A stretch of 64,000 nt of DNA from Zhihengliuella sp. (GTDB lineage: Bacteria > Actinomycetota > Actinomycetes > Actinomycetales > Micrococcaceae): positions 263,275 to 327,274 of the forward strand of contig NZ_JAPSJL010000001.1 of assembly GCF_031178195.1 (NCBI RefSeq). The letters run 5' to 3'. The position numbers and the translations under genes were made by a program. Shown here piece after piece: positions 8,770 through 17,362 of this stretch; the stretch's first letter is position 1; every line of letters begins with the position of its first letter. The notes beneath the pieces were generated by a model. That model did no database searches. It was not told where the DNA came from and saw nothing but the letters and a program-made list of their open reading frames with translations.

Positions 8770-10119
8770 ATGTCCGCTCCAGCACAGAGCAGCAGCCGCC
8801 CGCACATCAGCGGGTGGAAGGCGACCATCGCCGTCGCCATGTCCAACTACATCGAGGCCGGCTCGATCATCGCCCTGGCCACGTCCCTGACCTTCTGGCA
8901 GGACTACTTCGGCTTCTCCAACCTCATGGTCGGACTCGTCGCCGCCGTCAGCGCCAACGCGTTCGGCGCCGCCGTCGGCGCGCTCATCGGCGGCCAGCTC
9001 GGCGACCGGTACGGCCGCAAGTTCATCTACACGTACGACCTCGTCGTCTACATGCTCGGCACCCTGCTGGTGGTCTTCGCCGCGCACCCGGCGATGCTGC
9101 TGACCGGCGTGGTCCTGACCGGCATCGCCGTCGGCGCGGGCGTGCCCGTCGCCTGGACGTACATCGCCGAGGAGGCCCCGGCCACGGACCGGGCCAAGCA
9201 CGTCGGCTCGGCGCAGCTCGCCTGGTCGCTCGGCCCGGCGCTCGTCTTCCTCTTCGCCACCATCGTGGTGCCGCTGGGCCTGCTCGGGTCGCGCATCATC
9301 TTCGCGCACCTGTTCGTCGTCGCGCTCGTGACCTGGTGGGTCCGGCGCGGCCTCGCCGAGTCGGACACCTGGAAGAAGTCCAACGCGGAGCGCCTCGCCT
9401 CCGAGGCGTCCACCGGCATGCCGCGGCGCAACTACCGCGAGCTGCTCTTCAACCGCGGCAACCTGAAGGCGCTGCTGTTCCTCACCGGCGTCTACGCCCT
9501 GTGGAACCTGGTCGCGGGGCAGATGGGCATCTTCATGCCGCGCGTGTACGAGACCGCGGGCGTGGAGTCCGGGACGCACCAGAACCTGCTCCAGGTCCTC
9601 CTCTGGACCTGCACCGTGGCCGCCACCTACTGGGGCTTCATGAAGTACGGCGACCGCGTCTCCCGCCGGAAGCTCTACATCGTCGGCGCCGCGCTCGGCA
9701 TCGCCGCGTGGGTGCTGCTGGTCTTCGCGCACATCACCATGCCGCTGCTGATCGTCTTCGCCGTCCTCTGGGGCGTCTCGGCGGGCATCGGCGCCCAGGC
9801 GTTCTACGCCCTCTGGGCCGCGGAGATGTTCGCGACCCGCTACCGGGCCAGCGCGCAGGGCGTCCTGTTCTTCGTCGCCCGCATCCTGGTGGGCGTGCTC
9901 AGCTACTGGTTCCCGACCATGCTGGCCGAGCAGGGCGTGCCGTTCGTCGGCTCCGTCATGATCGCCCTGCTCGTCGCCGCGCTGGTCATCGGCGCGATCG
10001 GCGCGCCGAACACCAGCGGCCGGACCCTCGAGGAGATCGAGGCCGAGCGCTACGGGACCGCCCCGGGCCAGAGCCCGGCGGACGTCTCCAGCACGACGCC
10101 GGCAGCCGGCACCCGCTAG
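8770..10119 (+). CDS. MFS sugar transporter, probable L-rhamnose importer
   Basis: ATG at 8770 inside track ORF 8320..10119. 12-TM profile and the sugar-porter motif GGQLGDRYGRKF. Eight nt downstream of rhaM. Confidence 0.8.
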   Translation: MSAPAQSSSRPHISGWKATIAVAMSNYIEAGSIIALATSLTFWQDYFGFSNLMVGLVAAVSANAFGAAVGALIGGQLGDRYGRKFIYTYDLVVYMLGTLLVVFAAHPAMLLTGVVLTGIAVGAGVPVAWTYIAEEAPATDRAKHVGSAQLAWSLGPALVFLFATIVVPLGLLGSRIIFAHLFVVALVTWWVRRGLAESDTWKKSNAERLASEASTGMPRRNYRELLFNRGNLKALLFLTGVYALWNLVAGQMGIFMPRVYETAGVESGTHQNLLQVLLWTCTVAATYWGFMKYGDRVSRRKLYIVGAALGIAAWVLLVFAHITMPLLIVFAVLWGVSAGIGAQAFYALWAAEMFATRYRASAQGVLFFVARILVGVLSYWFPTMLAEQGVPFVGSVMIALLVAALVIGAIGAPNTSGRTLEEIEAERYGTAPGQSPADVSSTTPAAGTR

Positions 10120-10143
10120 CAGGCACGCCTCAGCACCGGAACT

Positions 10144-10200
10144 GAGCCCCGGCCCGACCAGTACCCCCTCTCCCCTCGAGGCTGGTCGCGGCCGGGGCTC
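10144..10200. terminator. Stem-loop between convergent genes (about 18 bp stem with one bulge)
   Basis: gagccccggcccgaccag ... ctggtcgcggccggggctc. Confidence 0.5.
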
Positions 10201-10239
10201 GCGCGTCTCGGTGGTGACGCCCGCGGCGCGGTCGGACGG

Positions 10240-11292
10240 TCAGCCTCCCCCGCCGCCCGTCGCAGGCCGTCGGCCGCTGCCCGTGGCGCCGCCGTCGATC
10301 GACTCGCGGGCCGTCGGCCCGTCCCCCGTCATGGCGAGCAGTTGCTCGCCGAGCCGGGCGGCCGCCGCTGCGGCGTCGGCCGGTTCGAGGATGCGGCAGG
10401 GGAAGCCGAGCCGCGCGACGTGGAAGACCACGAAGTCCGGCGACGACGCCCCGGCGGTGAGCACGCACGCGTCCGGCCCGTCCGGCTCGATGGTCGCCGC
10501 AACGGCCGGCACGCGTGCCCGGACCTCGGCGGCCGGCGCCTCGACCCGGATCCGCGTCACGGAGGGGTAGGGACTGGAGGAGATCGCCCGGCCCACGAAC
10601 TCGACCGGGTCCGGCGCCTCGCGCGGGCGGAACCGCCACCCCGTCCTGCGGACCGTGCCCACGCGGTCCAGACGGAAGGTCCGCCAGTCGTCCCGGTCGA
10701 CGTCGTACGCCATCAGGTACCAGCGCCGCCCCGCCGAGACCAGACGGTACGGCTCCGCGCGCCGCTCGGCCAGATCGGAGGGGCGCCCGTACGCCGTGGC
10801 GTAGTCGAAGACGATCCGCTCCGGGGTGCGGATCGCCCGCGCGATCTCCACCAGCGTCGCCGAGGGCACGGACTCGCCGGCCGCGCGCGAACCGTCGAGC
10901 GAGACAGTCGACTGCGCGACGGCCTCCACCGAACCGCGCAGCCGCGAGGGCAGGACCTGATCCAGCTTGGCGAGGGCGCGCACCGCCGCCTCCCCCGCCC
11001 CGGCCACACTGCCGCCGGTGGCCAGCCGCAGCCCGACGGCGACGGCGATCGCCTCCTCGTCGTCGAGCAGCAGCGGCGGCAGCGCGCGGCCAGCCTCCAG
11101 GAGGTAGCCGCCGGCGGCGCCCTGCTCGGCCCGGATCGGATACCCGAGGTCCCGCAGGCGCTGGATGTCGCGGCGCACCGAGCGGGTGGTCACCCCGAGC
11201 TCGGCCGCGAGCTCCGTGCCGGACCAGACCGGTCGGGACTGCAGGAGGTTGAGCAGGCGCAGCGCGCGCTGCAATGTCTCGGCCATGTCCAC
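10240..11292 (-). CDS. YafY-family HTH plus WYL-domain transcriptional regulator
   Basis: N-terminal LLNLLQSRPVWSGTELAAELGVTTRSVRRDIQRLRDLGYPI, central ..YRLVSAGRRWYLMAYDVDRDDWRTFRLDRV (WYL), and a C-terminal WCX-like region. Confidence 0.85.
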   Translation of the reverse strand: MDMAETLQRALRLLNLLQSRPVWSGTELAAELGVTTRSVRRDIQRLRDLGYPIRAEQGAAGGYLLEAGRALPPLLLDDEEAIAVAVGLRLATGGSVAGAGEAAVRALAKLDQVLPSRLRGSVEAVAQSTVSLDGSRAAGESVPSATLVEIARAIRTPERIVFDYATAYGRPSDLAERRAEPYRLVSAGRRWYLMAYDVDRDDWRTFRLDRVGTVRRTGWRFRPREAPDPVEFVGRAISSSPYPSVTRIRVEAPAAEVRARVPAVAATIEPDGPDACVLTAGASSPDFVVFHVARLGFPCRILEPADAAAAAARLGEQLLAMTGDGPTARESIDGGATGSGRRPATGGGGG

Positions 11293-11309
11293 AGCCTCCC
11301 ACGGACAGC

Positions 11310-11324
11310 GGACAGATCCTGTCC
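11310..11324. promoter_or_regulatory. Perfect palindrome GGACAG-ATC-CTGTCC abutting a TATATA box, in the 55-nt divergent region between the WYL regulator and the DinB gene
   Basis: Read directly; an extra GGACAGC half-site lies just upstream. Confidence 0.5.
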
Positions 11325-11347
11325 TATATAGAGGTCAAAGTGGAGTC

Positions 11348-11959
11348 ATGGAAACAGAACACACCGTCCACAAGACCCTCGAACACCGCTGGAACGAGCG
11401 CCTGGTCGAGCAGCTCGACGTCCACTGGCGGGTGGCTCTCCGGCCCCGCCTCGAGGGGCTGACCGACCACGAGTACCGCTGGGAGCCCGTCCCCGACTGC
11501 TGGGACGTGAGGCCCCGCGGGGAGAGCGGGCCGGCGTTCGACGGCGCGCTGACCGGCGGCGCCGGCGACTTCACCATCGACTTCGCCTTCCCCGAGCCGA
11601 CGCCGCCGCCCGTGACGACCATCGCGTGGCGGCTCGGTCATCTGATCGTCGGCGTCCTCGGCGCCCGAAACGCGAGCCACTTCGGCGGCCCCGCCATCGA
11701 CTATCGGACGCATGAGTACGCCGGCACCTCCGCCGCGGCGCTGGAGCAGCTGGACGACGTCTACGCGCGCTGGGTCTCCGGGGTCCGCGGCCTCGGGGAG
11801 GACGGGCTGTTCCGCCGCTGCGGCCCGGCCGAGGGGCCGTACGCGCAAAGCCCGCTCGCCGACCTCGTCCTGCACATCAACCGGGAGGTCATCCACCACG
11901 GAGCCGAGATCGCGCTCCTGCGCGACCTCTACGTCCATCGAGCCGGCGGCACGGACTGA
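11348..11959 (+). CDS. DinB-family (four-helix bundle, metal-binding) protein
   Basis: METEHTVHKTLEHRWNERLVEQLDVHWRVALRPRLEGLTDHEYRWEPV.. and C-terminal INREVIHHGAEIALLRDL. Confidence 0.75.
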   Translation: METEHTVHKTLEHRWNERLVEQLDVHWRVALRPRLEGLTDHEYRWEPVPDCWDVRPRGESGPAFDGALTGGAGDFTIDFAFPEPTPPPVTTIAWRLGHLIVGVLGARNASHFGGPAIDYRTHEYAGTSAAALEQLDDVYARWVSGVRGLGEDGLFRRCGPAEGPYAQSPLADLVLHINREVIHHGAEIALLRDLYVHRAGGTD

Positions 11960-12036
11960 CGCCGTCCGCCCGGCCCCGGCCGCCCCCTCCCCACCGACCC
12001 TCCGCGGCCGATCCAGCCCCTCTGAAAGGAACCACC

Positions 12037-12630
12037 ATGCCCGCCATGCCCGGCCCCGTCGCCGACGAGAAGTCCTCCCTCCTCGCCTTCCTGAATCAGC
12101 AGCACCAGAACTTCCGCACCGTCGCCTACGGCCTGACTGACGATCAGGCGCGCCTGGCCCCCACCGCGTCCACACTCTCGGTCGGGGCACTGATCAAGCA
12201 CGCGGCAGCGTGCGAGGCCGGGTGGGTGGACCGGATCGCTGCCGCGCCCGGCTACCCCGCCGCCGACTCCGTCCCGTTCGAGGAGGCCGCCGCCGCGTAC
12301 GCCGCCCAGTACCGGATGTCCGAGGCGGACACGCTCGAGGGACTGCTCGCCGCGCTCGACGAGCAGGAGCGCATCACCGAGACGATCGTCCAGGCGGCAG
12401 ACCTGGACGCCGACGTGCCGGTGCCGCGCAACGCACCCTGGTTTCCCCGCGACATCGAGGCCTGGTCGGTGCGCTGGGTACTCGGGCACCTCATCGAGGA
12501 GCTCTCCCGCCATGCGGGCCACGCGGACATCATCCGCGAGAGCGTCGACGGCGCCACCTGGTTCGAGCTCATGGCCGGCATCGACGGGATGGCAGAGACG
12601 CCCTGGCTCAAGCCGTGGCAGCCGGCGTGA
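12037..12630 (+). CDS. DinB-fold protein (DUF664 / mycothiol-transferase-like)
   Basis: ..EKSSLLAFLNQQHQNFRTVAYGLTDDQARLAPTAS..VLGHLIEELSRHAGHADIIRESVDG. Confidence 0.75.
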   Translation: MPAMPGPVADEKSSLLAFLNQQHQNFRTVAYGLTDDQARLAPTASTLSVGALIKHAAACEAGWVDRIAAAPGYPAADSVPFEEAAAAYAAQYRMSEADTLEGLLAALDEQERITETIVQAADLDADVPVPRNAPWFPRDIEAWSVRWVLGHLIEELSRHAGHADIIRESVDGATWFELMAGIDGMAETPWLKPWQPA

Positions 12631-12857
12631 CGACGCCCCTCCCGCCACGGCGTTCCGGCGTCGGGCCGCACCACGTCCGGCGGCACGGCATCGGGCAGTG
12701 CGGTGGATCCGGGTTCTTCGTCTCTGGATTGCCTCAAACGTCTGGTCAGCGCCCTCCCAGGCTTGCTTGACTCGGGAGGGGCTCCGCCCGGGCGGCGCAC
12801 CCTGCTGTGCCCGTGCGCACGCGACCCGATGCCGACCGCCTTCCGAGGAGGAGCCAC

Positions 12858-14039
12858 ATGCGACCGCAACCGCCCCACGAGACCCGAACCGAACGCGGCT
12901 CGCCCCGCCCAACCGATTCGTCCGCCCGCCCGTCCCCCGGCCGCCGCCGGCGGGCGGCCCGGACCGCCGGCGCCCTCGCGGCGGCGGCTGCGCTCTTCCT
13001 CGGGGGAATCCAGCCAGCTTCCGCGTCCCTCCTCGGATCGCTGGCGGGCGGCGTCGGGCTCGGCGTCGGCGAGGACAGCGTCGGGCTCGAGGTTGAGGTC
13101 GACCTCGGGCCGCAGGAGGACCGAGGCTCGGTCTCCGCGGTGGTCGCCGCCGAGGAGGCCGCCGCCGCGGTCGCCTACTGGACGCCCGAGCGGATGCGCC
13201 TGGCCCAGACTGCGGATGCCCTCGTCGCGGACAAGATCCCCTCCACGACCCTGCTGAACCTCTCCGTCGAGCTCGGCCAGCCCACCAGGATCCGGGGCAA
13301 CACCCCCGTCCTCGAGGACAGCTCCGGCGCCGGCGGCGCGCCGGAGGCGGAGACGCAGTCGGACGGCACGACCACCGAACCTGCCTCTGCGGGTGCCGCG
13401 GAGACTCCCGTACCCCACATCGGCAAGGTCTTCTTCACCATGAACGGCTCCGACTACGTCTGCTCCGGCAACGCCGTGGCCTCCGCCAACGAGTCGACCG
13501 TCGCGACGGCCGGACACTGCCTCCACGACGGCCCGGGCTCCTTCGCCTCCCGCTTCGTCTTCGTCCCCGCTTACCAGAACGGCTCGACCCCGTACGGCAA
13601 GTGGGCCGCCACGGAACTGCACACCACACCGCAGTGGGCCGCGGAGGGCGACCTCTCCTACGACGGCGGGTTCGCCGTCGTCGCACCGCAGGAAGGGGCG
13701 AGCCTCTCCGACACGGTGGGAGCGTCCGGCCTCGCGTTCAACCAGGCCCGGGGGCAGACCTACACCGCCTACGGCTACCCGGCCGGGGCACCGTTCGACG
13801 GCGAGACGCTGCAGTCCTGTCACGGCACGGCCACCGACGACCCGCACGGCCAGACCGCCTCGCAGGGGATCCCGTGCGACATGACCGGCGGCTCATCCGG
13901 CGGCCCCTGGTTCCTCGGGGATGGCTCCGGGGGCTACCAGAACTCCGTGAACAGCTTCCGCTACTCGGACCGGGAGACCATGTTCGGGCCGTACTTCGGC
14001 AGCGACATCCAGCGGGCCTATCAGCAGGCGGAGCGCTAG
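12858..14039 (+). CDS. Secreted trypsin-like serine peptidase (S1 family), paralog 1
   Basis: GGAGGAG RBS before the ATG at 12858. Arg-rich signal peptide ..RRRRAARTAGALAAAAALFLGGIQPASA. Catalytic motifs TAGHC and DMTGGSSGGPWF. Confidence 0.85.
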   Translation: MRPQPPHETRTERGSPRPTDSSARPSPGRRRRAARTAGALAAAAALFLGGIQPASASLLGSLAGGVGLGVGEDSVGLEVEVDLGPQEDRGSVSAVVAAEEAAAAVAYWTPERMRLAQTADALVADKIPSTTLLNLSVELGQPTRIRGNTPVLEDSSGAGGAPEAETQSDGTTTEPASAGAAETPVPHIGKVFFTMNGSDYVCSGNAVASANESTVATAGHCLHDGPGSFASRFVFVPAYQNGSTPYGKWAATELHTTPQWAAEGDLSYDGGFAVVAPQEGASLSDTVGASGLAFNQARGQTYTAYGYPAGAPFDGETLQSCHGTATDDPHGQTASQGIPCDMTGGSSGGPWFLGDGSGGYQNSVNSFRYSDRETMFGPYFGSDIQRAYQQAER

Positions 14040-14080
14040 CCCGGGCGTCGCGACACCGCACGGGATCGCCTCGAACCCAC

Positions 14081-14122
14081 GGCGAGCGGGGGCCGGGCCG
14101 GCCTGCCCGGCCCCCGCTCGCC
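14081..14122 (+). terminator. Perfect 18-bp GC stem-loop after peptidase 1
   Basis: ggcgagcgggggccgggc-cggcct-gcccggcccccgctcgcc. Confidence 0.7.
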
Positions 14123-14313
14123 GTCGTCGTGCCACCGCCGACATCCGCGGAACGACGCCCCTGCCGCGCTGCCGAGCCCGGGACGAGCGTCGATTTTTCA
14201 GGTTCTTTTGCTCAAGGGGCTAGTCAAAGTTCCGTCTTCTTGTTTGACTCTGTCCGTGACCCGACTGTGAACCAGGTCACGATTTGGAAAATCCACCACC
14301 TCTAGGAGGACCC

Positions 14314-15315
14314 ATGAACGCAGCAGCATCCACCCCGCGCCGTCCCGACGAGGGCCGGCCGGCCTCTGGCCGGCGCCGAGCGGCGAGCATCCTCGGCGCC
14401 GTGGCGCTGGGCGCCGCCCTGTTGGTCGGCGGCACGCAGGCGGCCGCGGCCGACCCGAGCGAACGTGCCGGGACCGTCTCGAAGGGCATCTCGAAGCAGG
14501 AGGCGTCCTCGGCGGTCTCCTACTGGACGCCGGAGCGCATGAAGAACGCCACGTCCGCCGAGGTCCTGCTGGATGACAAGAAGAAGTCCAAGCCGAGGAT
14601 CGAGATCGGCGCGCCGACCAAGATCAAGGGCGAGCGCCCGGTCCAGAAGGCCAAGCCGACCAAGAACACCTCGGAGACCCCGGTCTCCCACATCGGCAAG
14701 GTCTTCTTTACCATGAACGGCTCCGACTACGTCTGCTCAGCCAACGCCGTGGTCTCCGTCAACGAGTCGACGGTCTCCACCGCCGGGCACTGCCTGAACG
14801 AGGGCCCCGGCGGCTTCGCCTCGCGCTTCGTCTTCGTCCCCGCCTACGAGAACGGCTCGGCACCCTACGGGACGTGGGCCGCCACCGAGCTGCACACCAC
14901 CCCGCAGTGGGCCAACCAGGGCGACATCACGTACGACGGCGCCTTCGCCGTCGTCGCCCCGGTCAACGGCCGGACCCTCACCGACACCGTCGGCGCCTCC
15001 GGGGTCGCGTTCAACCAGGCCCGCGGTCTGACCTACAGCGCCTACGGATACCCGGCGGCCCGCCCCTTCAATGGTGAGACGCTCGAGTCCTGCTACGGCA
15101 AGGCGACTGACGACCCGTACGGCCAGACGCAGTCCCAGGGCATCCCCTGCGACATGACCGGCGGCTCCTCGGGCGGCCCGTGGTTCATCGGCGCCGGCAC
15201 CAACGGCTACCAGAACTCCGTGAACAGCTTCGGCTACTCCGGCGTCCGCAATACGATGTTCGGACCGTACTTCGGCACCGACATCCAGAACGCCTACCAG
15301 CAGGCCCAGAGCTAG
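14314..15315 (+). CDS. Secreted trypsin-like serine peptidase (S1 family), paralog 2
   Basis: AGGAGG RBS. Long blocks identical to paralog 1 (HIGKVFFTMNGSDYVCS.NAV, TAGHCL, RFVFVPAY.NGS.PYG.WAATELHTTPQWA, GIPCDMTGGSSGGPWF). Both share a YWTPERM motif in the pro-region. Confidence 0.85.
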   Translation: MNAAASTPRRPDEGRPASGRRRAASILGAVALGAALLVGGTQAAAADPSERAGTVSKGISKQEASSAVSYWTPERMKNATSAEVLLDDKKKSKPRIEIGAPTKIKGERPVQKAKPTKNTSETPVSHIGKVFFTMNGSDYVCSANAVVSVNESTVSTAGHCLNEGPGGFASRFVFVPAYENGSAPYGTWAATELHTTPQWANQGDITYDGAFAVVAPVNGRTLTDTVGASGVAFNQARGLTYSAYGYPAARPFNGETLESCYGKATDDPYGQTQSQGIPCDMTGGSSGGPWFIGAGTNGYQNSVNSFGYSGVRNTMFGPYFGTDIQNAYQQAQS

Positions 15316-15317
15316 AC

Positions 15318-15641
15318 ATGATCGACAACCCGGACCAGGATCCGCCGGCCGAGCACCGCATCGTCGCGAGCCCGGACGAGCAGATCGCCCACTTCACCCG
15401 CGAGCGCCGGCGTCAGGCGACGCCTCGCGAGATGGTGCTGCCGAGCCCCGGGGACGGCGACGACGACGCCCCCGAGGACGCACGCACCGGGCGGGACGGG
15501 GCGTCCGGGGACCCGGCGGCCGAGCACGGGGACACCGCATCCGGGGATAACGGCGAGCCGTCGCAGGACGACGGCGGCCGGTCCCCCGGTCCGTCGGAGC
15601 AGTCGCCCGGCCCCTCCGGGCGGTCGGGCGACTCCGGCTGA
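15318..15641 (+). pseudogene. Small acidic ORF resembling the pro-region of the adjacent S1 peptidases, with no catalytic domain (possible remnant of a third paralog)
   Basis: ATG lies 2 nt after the peptidase-2 stop. IAHFTRERRRQAT aligns with VAYWTPERMRLAQ and VSYWTPERMKNAT. The remainder is D/G/P/S low complexity. High GC3. Confidence 0.35.
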
Positions 15642-15698
15642 CCGGAGCCGTCCCCCGCCGAGGGCCCGCGCGCGAGCTGCCGGGCCGTTGTCCGGCGA

Positions 15699-15741
15699 CG
15701 CCCCGGCCGGGAGAGGTTCACTGCCTCTCCCGGCCGGGGCG
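15699..15741. terminator. Perfect 18-bp stem-loop between the small ORF and convergent rhaB
   Basis: cgccccggccgggagagg-ttcactg-cctctcccggccggggcg. Confidence 0.7.
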
Positions 15742-15750
15742 CCTTCGTCT

Positions 15751-15801
15751 GCACTGCGTCGTCCTCGGCACTGCGTCTTCATCTGCGCTACGTCGCCCGC
15801 A
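15751..15801. repeat. Tandem repeat, 17-nt unit, 3 copies
   Basis: gcactgcgtcgtcctcg / gcactgcgtcttcatct / gcgctacgtcgcccgca, immediately 3' of the rhaB stop (15812). Confidence 0.7.
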
Positions 15802-15811
15802 GGCGGGGCGG

Positions 15812-17353
15812 TCAGCGCTCCGAGGGCTCGTAGCGGACGGGGTCGGCGGCGACGGACGCGCGGAGCTCGGCCAGGCCGCCCGCGATGAGTCCGGCCGCCC
15901 GGGCCTGGACCAGCAGGTTCCCCTGCGCCGTCGCCTCGACCGGCCCGGCGAGCACCGGGAGCCCCGTGGCGTCCGCGGTCAGCTGGCACAGCAGCGCGTT
16001 CTGCGAACCCCCGCCGACGATGTGGATAACCTCCGGCCGCTTCCCGGACAGCTCCGACGCCTGCCGCAGCGACGCCGCGTAGCCGGCGGCGAGACTGTCC
16101 ATGATGCAGCGGACGGTCGCGGCCTGGTCGGCGTCGACAGGGCCCCGGGCCGCCGACGGCGCGCTCCCCCGGCCCGGGTCGGCCGTCGACGCTGCGGGTT
16201 CCGGCACGCTCCCGCCGTCGGACTCCACGGCGGCACGGAGCCGCGCCGGCATGCCGCCGGGCGCGATGAACTCCGGGGAGTTCGCGTCGACCACCGGCCC
16301 GCCGGCCGGCAGGGCCGCGGCGGCGGCCAGCAGGTCGGCCAGCGGCTGCTCCCGGCCCTCCTCGGCCCAGGCCCGCGTGCACTCCTGCAGCAGCCACAGC
16401 CCGCCGACGTTCTGCAGGTACCGGATGGTCCCGTCCACCCCGCGCTCGTTGGTGAAGTTGGCGCGGCGGCTCTCCTCCGTCAGCACGGGCTCGTCCAGCT
16501 CGAGGCCCACCAGCGACCAGGTTCCGGAGGAGACGTACGCGAACTCGCGATCCCCGGCTGGTACAGCCACGACGGCCGAGGCCGTGTCGTGCGAGCCGAC
16601 GGCCACCACGCGCACGGCCGGGTCCAGCCCCGTCTCCGCGGCGACCTCCGGCAGGAGCGTCCCGTAGGCCTCCCCGGGCGCGATGAGGTCGGCGAACACC
16701 TGCGGCACCCCGATCGCCTCGAATACCTCGGCGGACCAGGCGACCTCCCGCGCGTCGAACAGGGCCGTGGTGGACGCGTTGGTCTCCTCGGTCCGCTCGG
16801 CCCCGGTCAGCCAGTAGGCCAGCAGGTCCGGGATCATCAGGGCGCGCTGGCCGGCCAGATCCCGCTCCGCGGCCAGCTGGTAGACGGTGTTGAACGGCAG
16901 GAACTGCAGCCCGCCGATCGCGTAGAGGCGCTCCGGCGGGATCGCCGCGTGCACGCGCTCGACCACGGGCTCGGTCCGGCCGTCCCGGTACGCGTGCGGC
17001 GGGGCCACGAGCTCGCCGTCGGCGTCGAGCAGCCCGTAGTCCACGGCCCACGTGTCGATGCCGATCGACACCACGCGCTCGCCGCTCTCCCGTACGACGG
17101 CGGCAGCGGCCTTCAGCCCGTCCGTCACCTCGCGGTGGATCGCCCGGGCGTCCCAGTGCAGGGTGCCGTCGATCTCGGTCACGCCGTTCGGGAACCGGTG
17201 GACGATCTCCATCGCCAGGCGCCCCGGCCGCCCGGCGTCGCCCGGGACCAGCCGTCCGATGATGACGCGCCCCGACGAGGCGCCGATGTCCACGGCGATC
17301 ATCGCCTCGCCCGGTGCGGCGTGCGCGCCCGGACCGGACGTCGTCGTACTCAC
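15812..17353 (-). CDS. rhaB: Rhamnulokinase (FGGY family)
   Basis: ..MIAVDIGASSGRVIIGRL..GIDTWAVDYGLLD..LQFLPFNTVYQL..FAYVSSGTWSLVG..NVGGLWLLQE. Confidence 0.9.
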   Translation of the reverse strand: MSTTTSGPGAHAAPGEAMIAVDIGASSGRVIIGRLVPGDAGRPGRLAMEIVHRFPNGVTEIDGTLHWDARAIHREVTDGLKAAAAVVRESGERVVSIGIDTWAVDYGLLDADGELVAPPHAYRDGRTEPVVERVHAAIPPERLYAIGGLQFLPFNTVYQLAAERDLAGQRALMIPDLLAYWLTGAERTEETNASTTALFDAREVAWSAEVFEAIGVPQVFADLIAPGEAYGTLLPEVAAETGLDPAVRVVAVGSHDTASAVVAVPAGDREFAYVSSGTWSLVGLELDEPVLTEESRRANFTNERGVDGTIRYLQNVGGLWLLQECTRAWAEEGREQPLADLLAAAAALPAGGPVVDANSPEFIAPGGMPARLRAAVESDGGSVPEPAASTADPGRGSAPSAARGPVDADQAATVRCIMDSLAAGYAASLRQASELSGKRPEVIHIVGGGSQNALLCQLTADATGLPVLAGPVEATAQGNLLVQARAAGLIAGGLAELRASVAADPVRYEPSER

Positions 17354-17362
17354 CGCCGTCGC

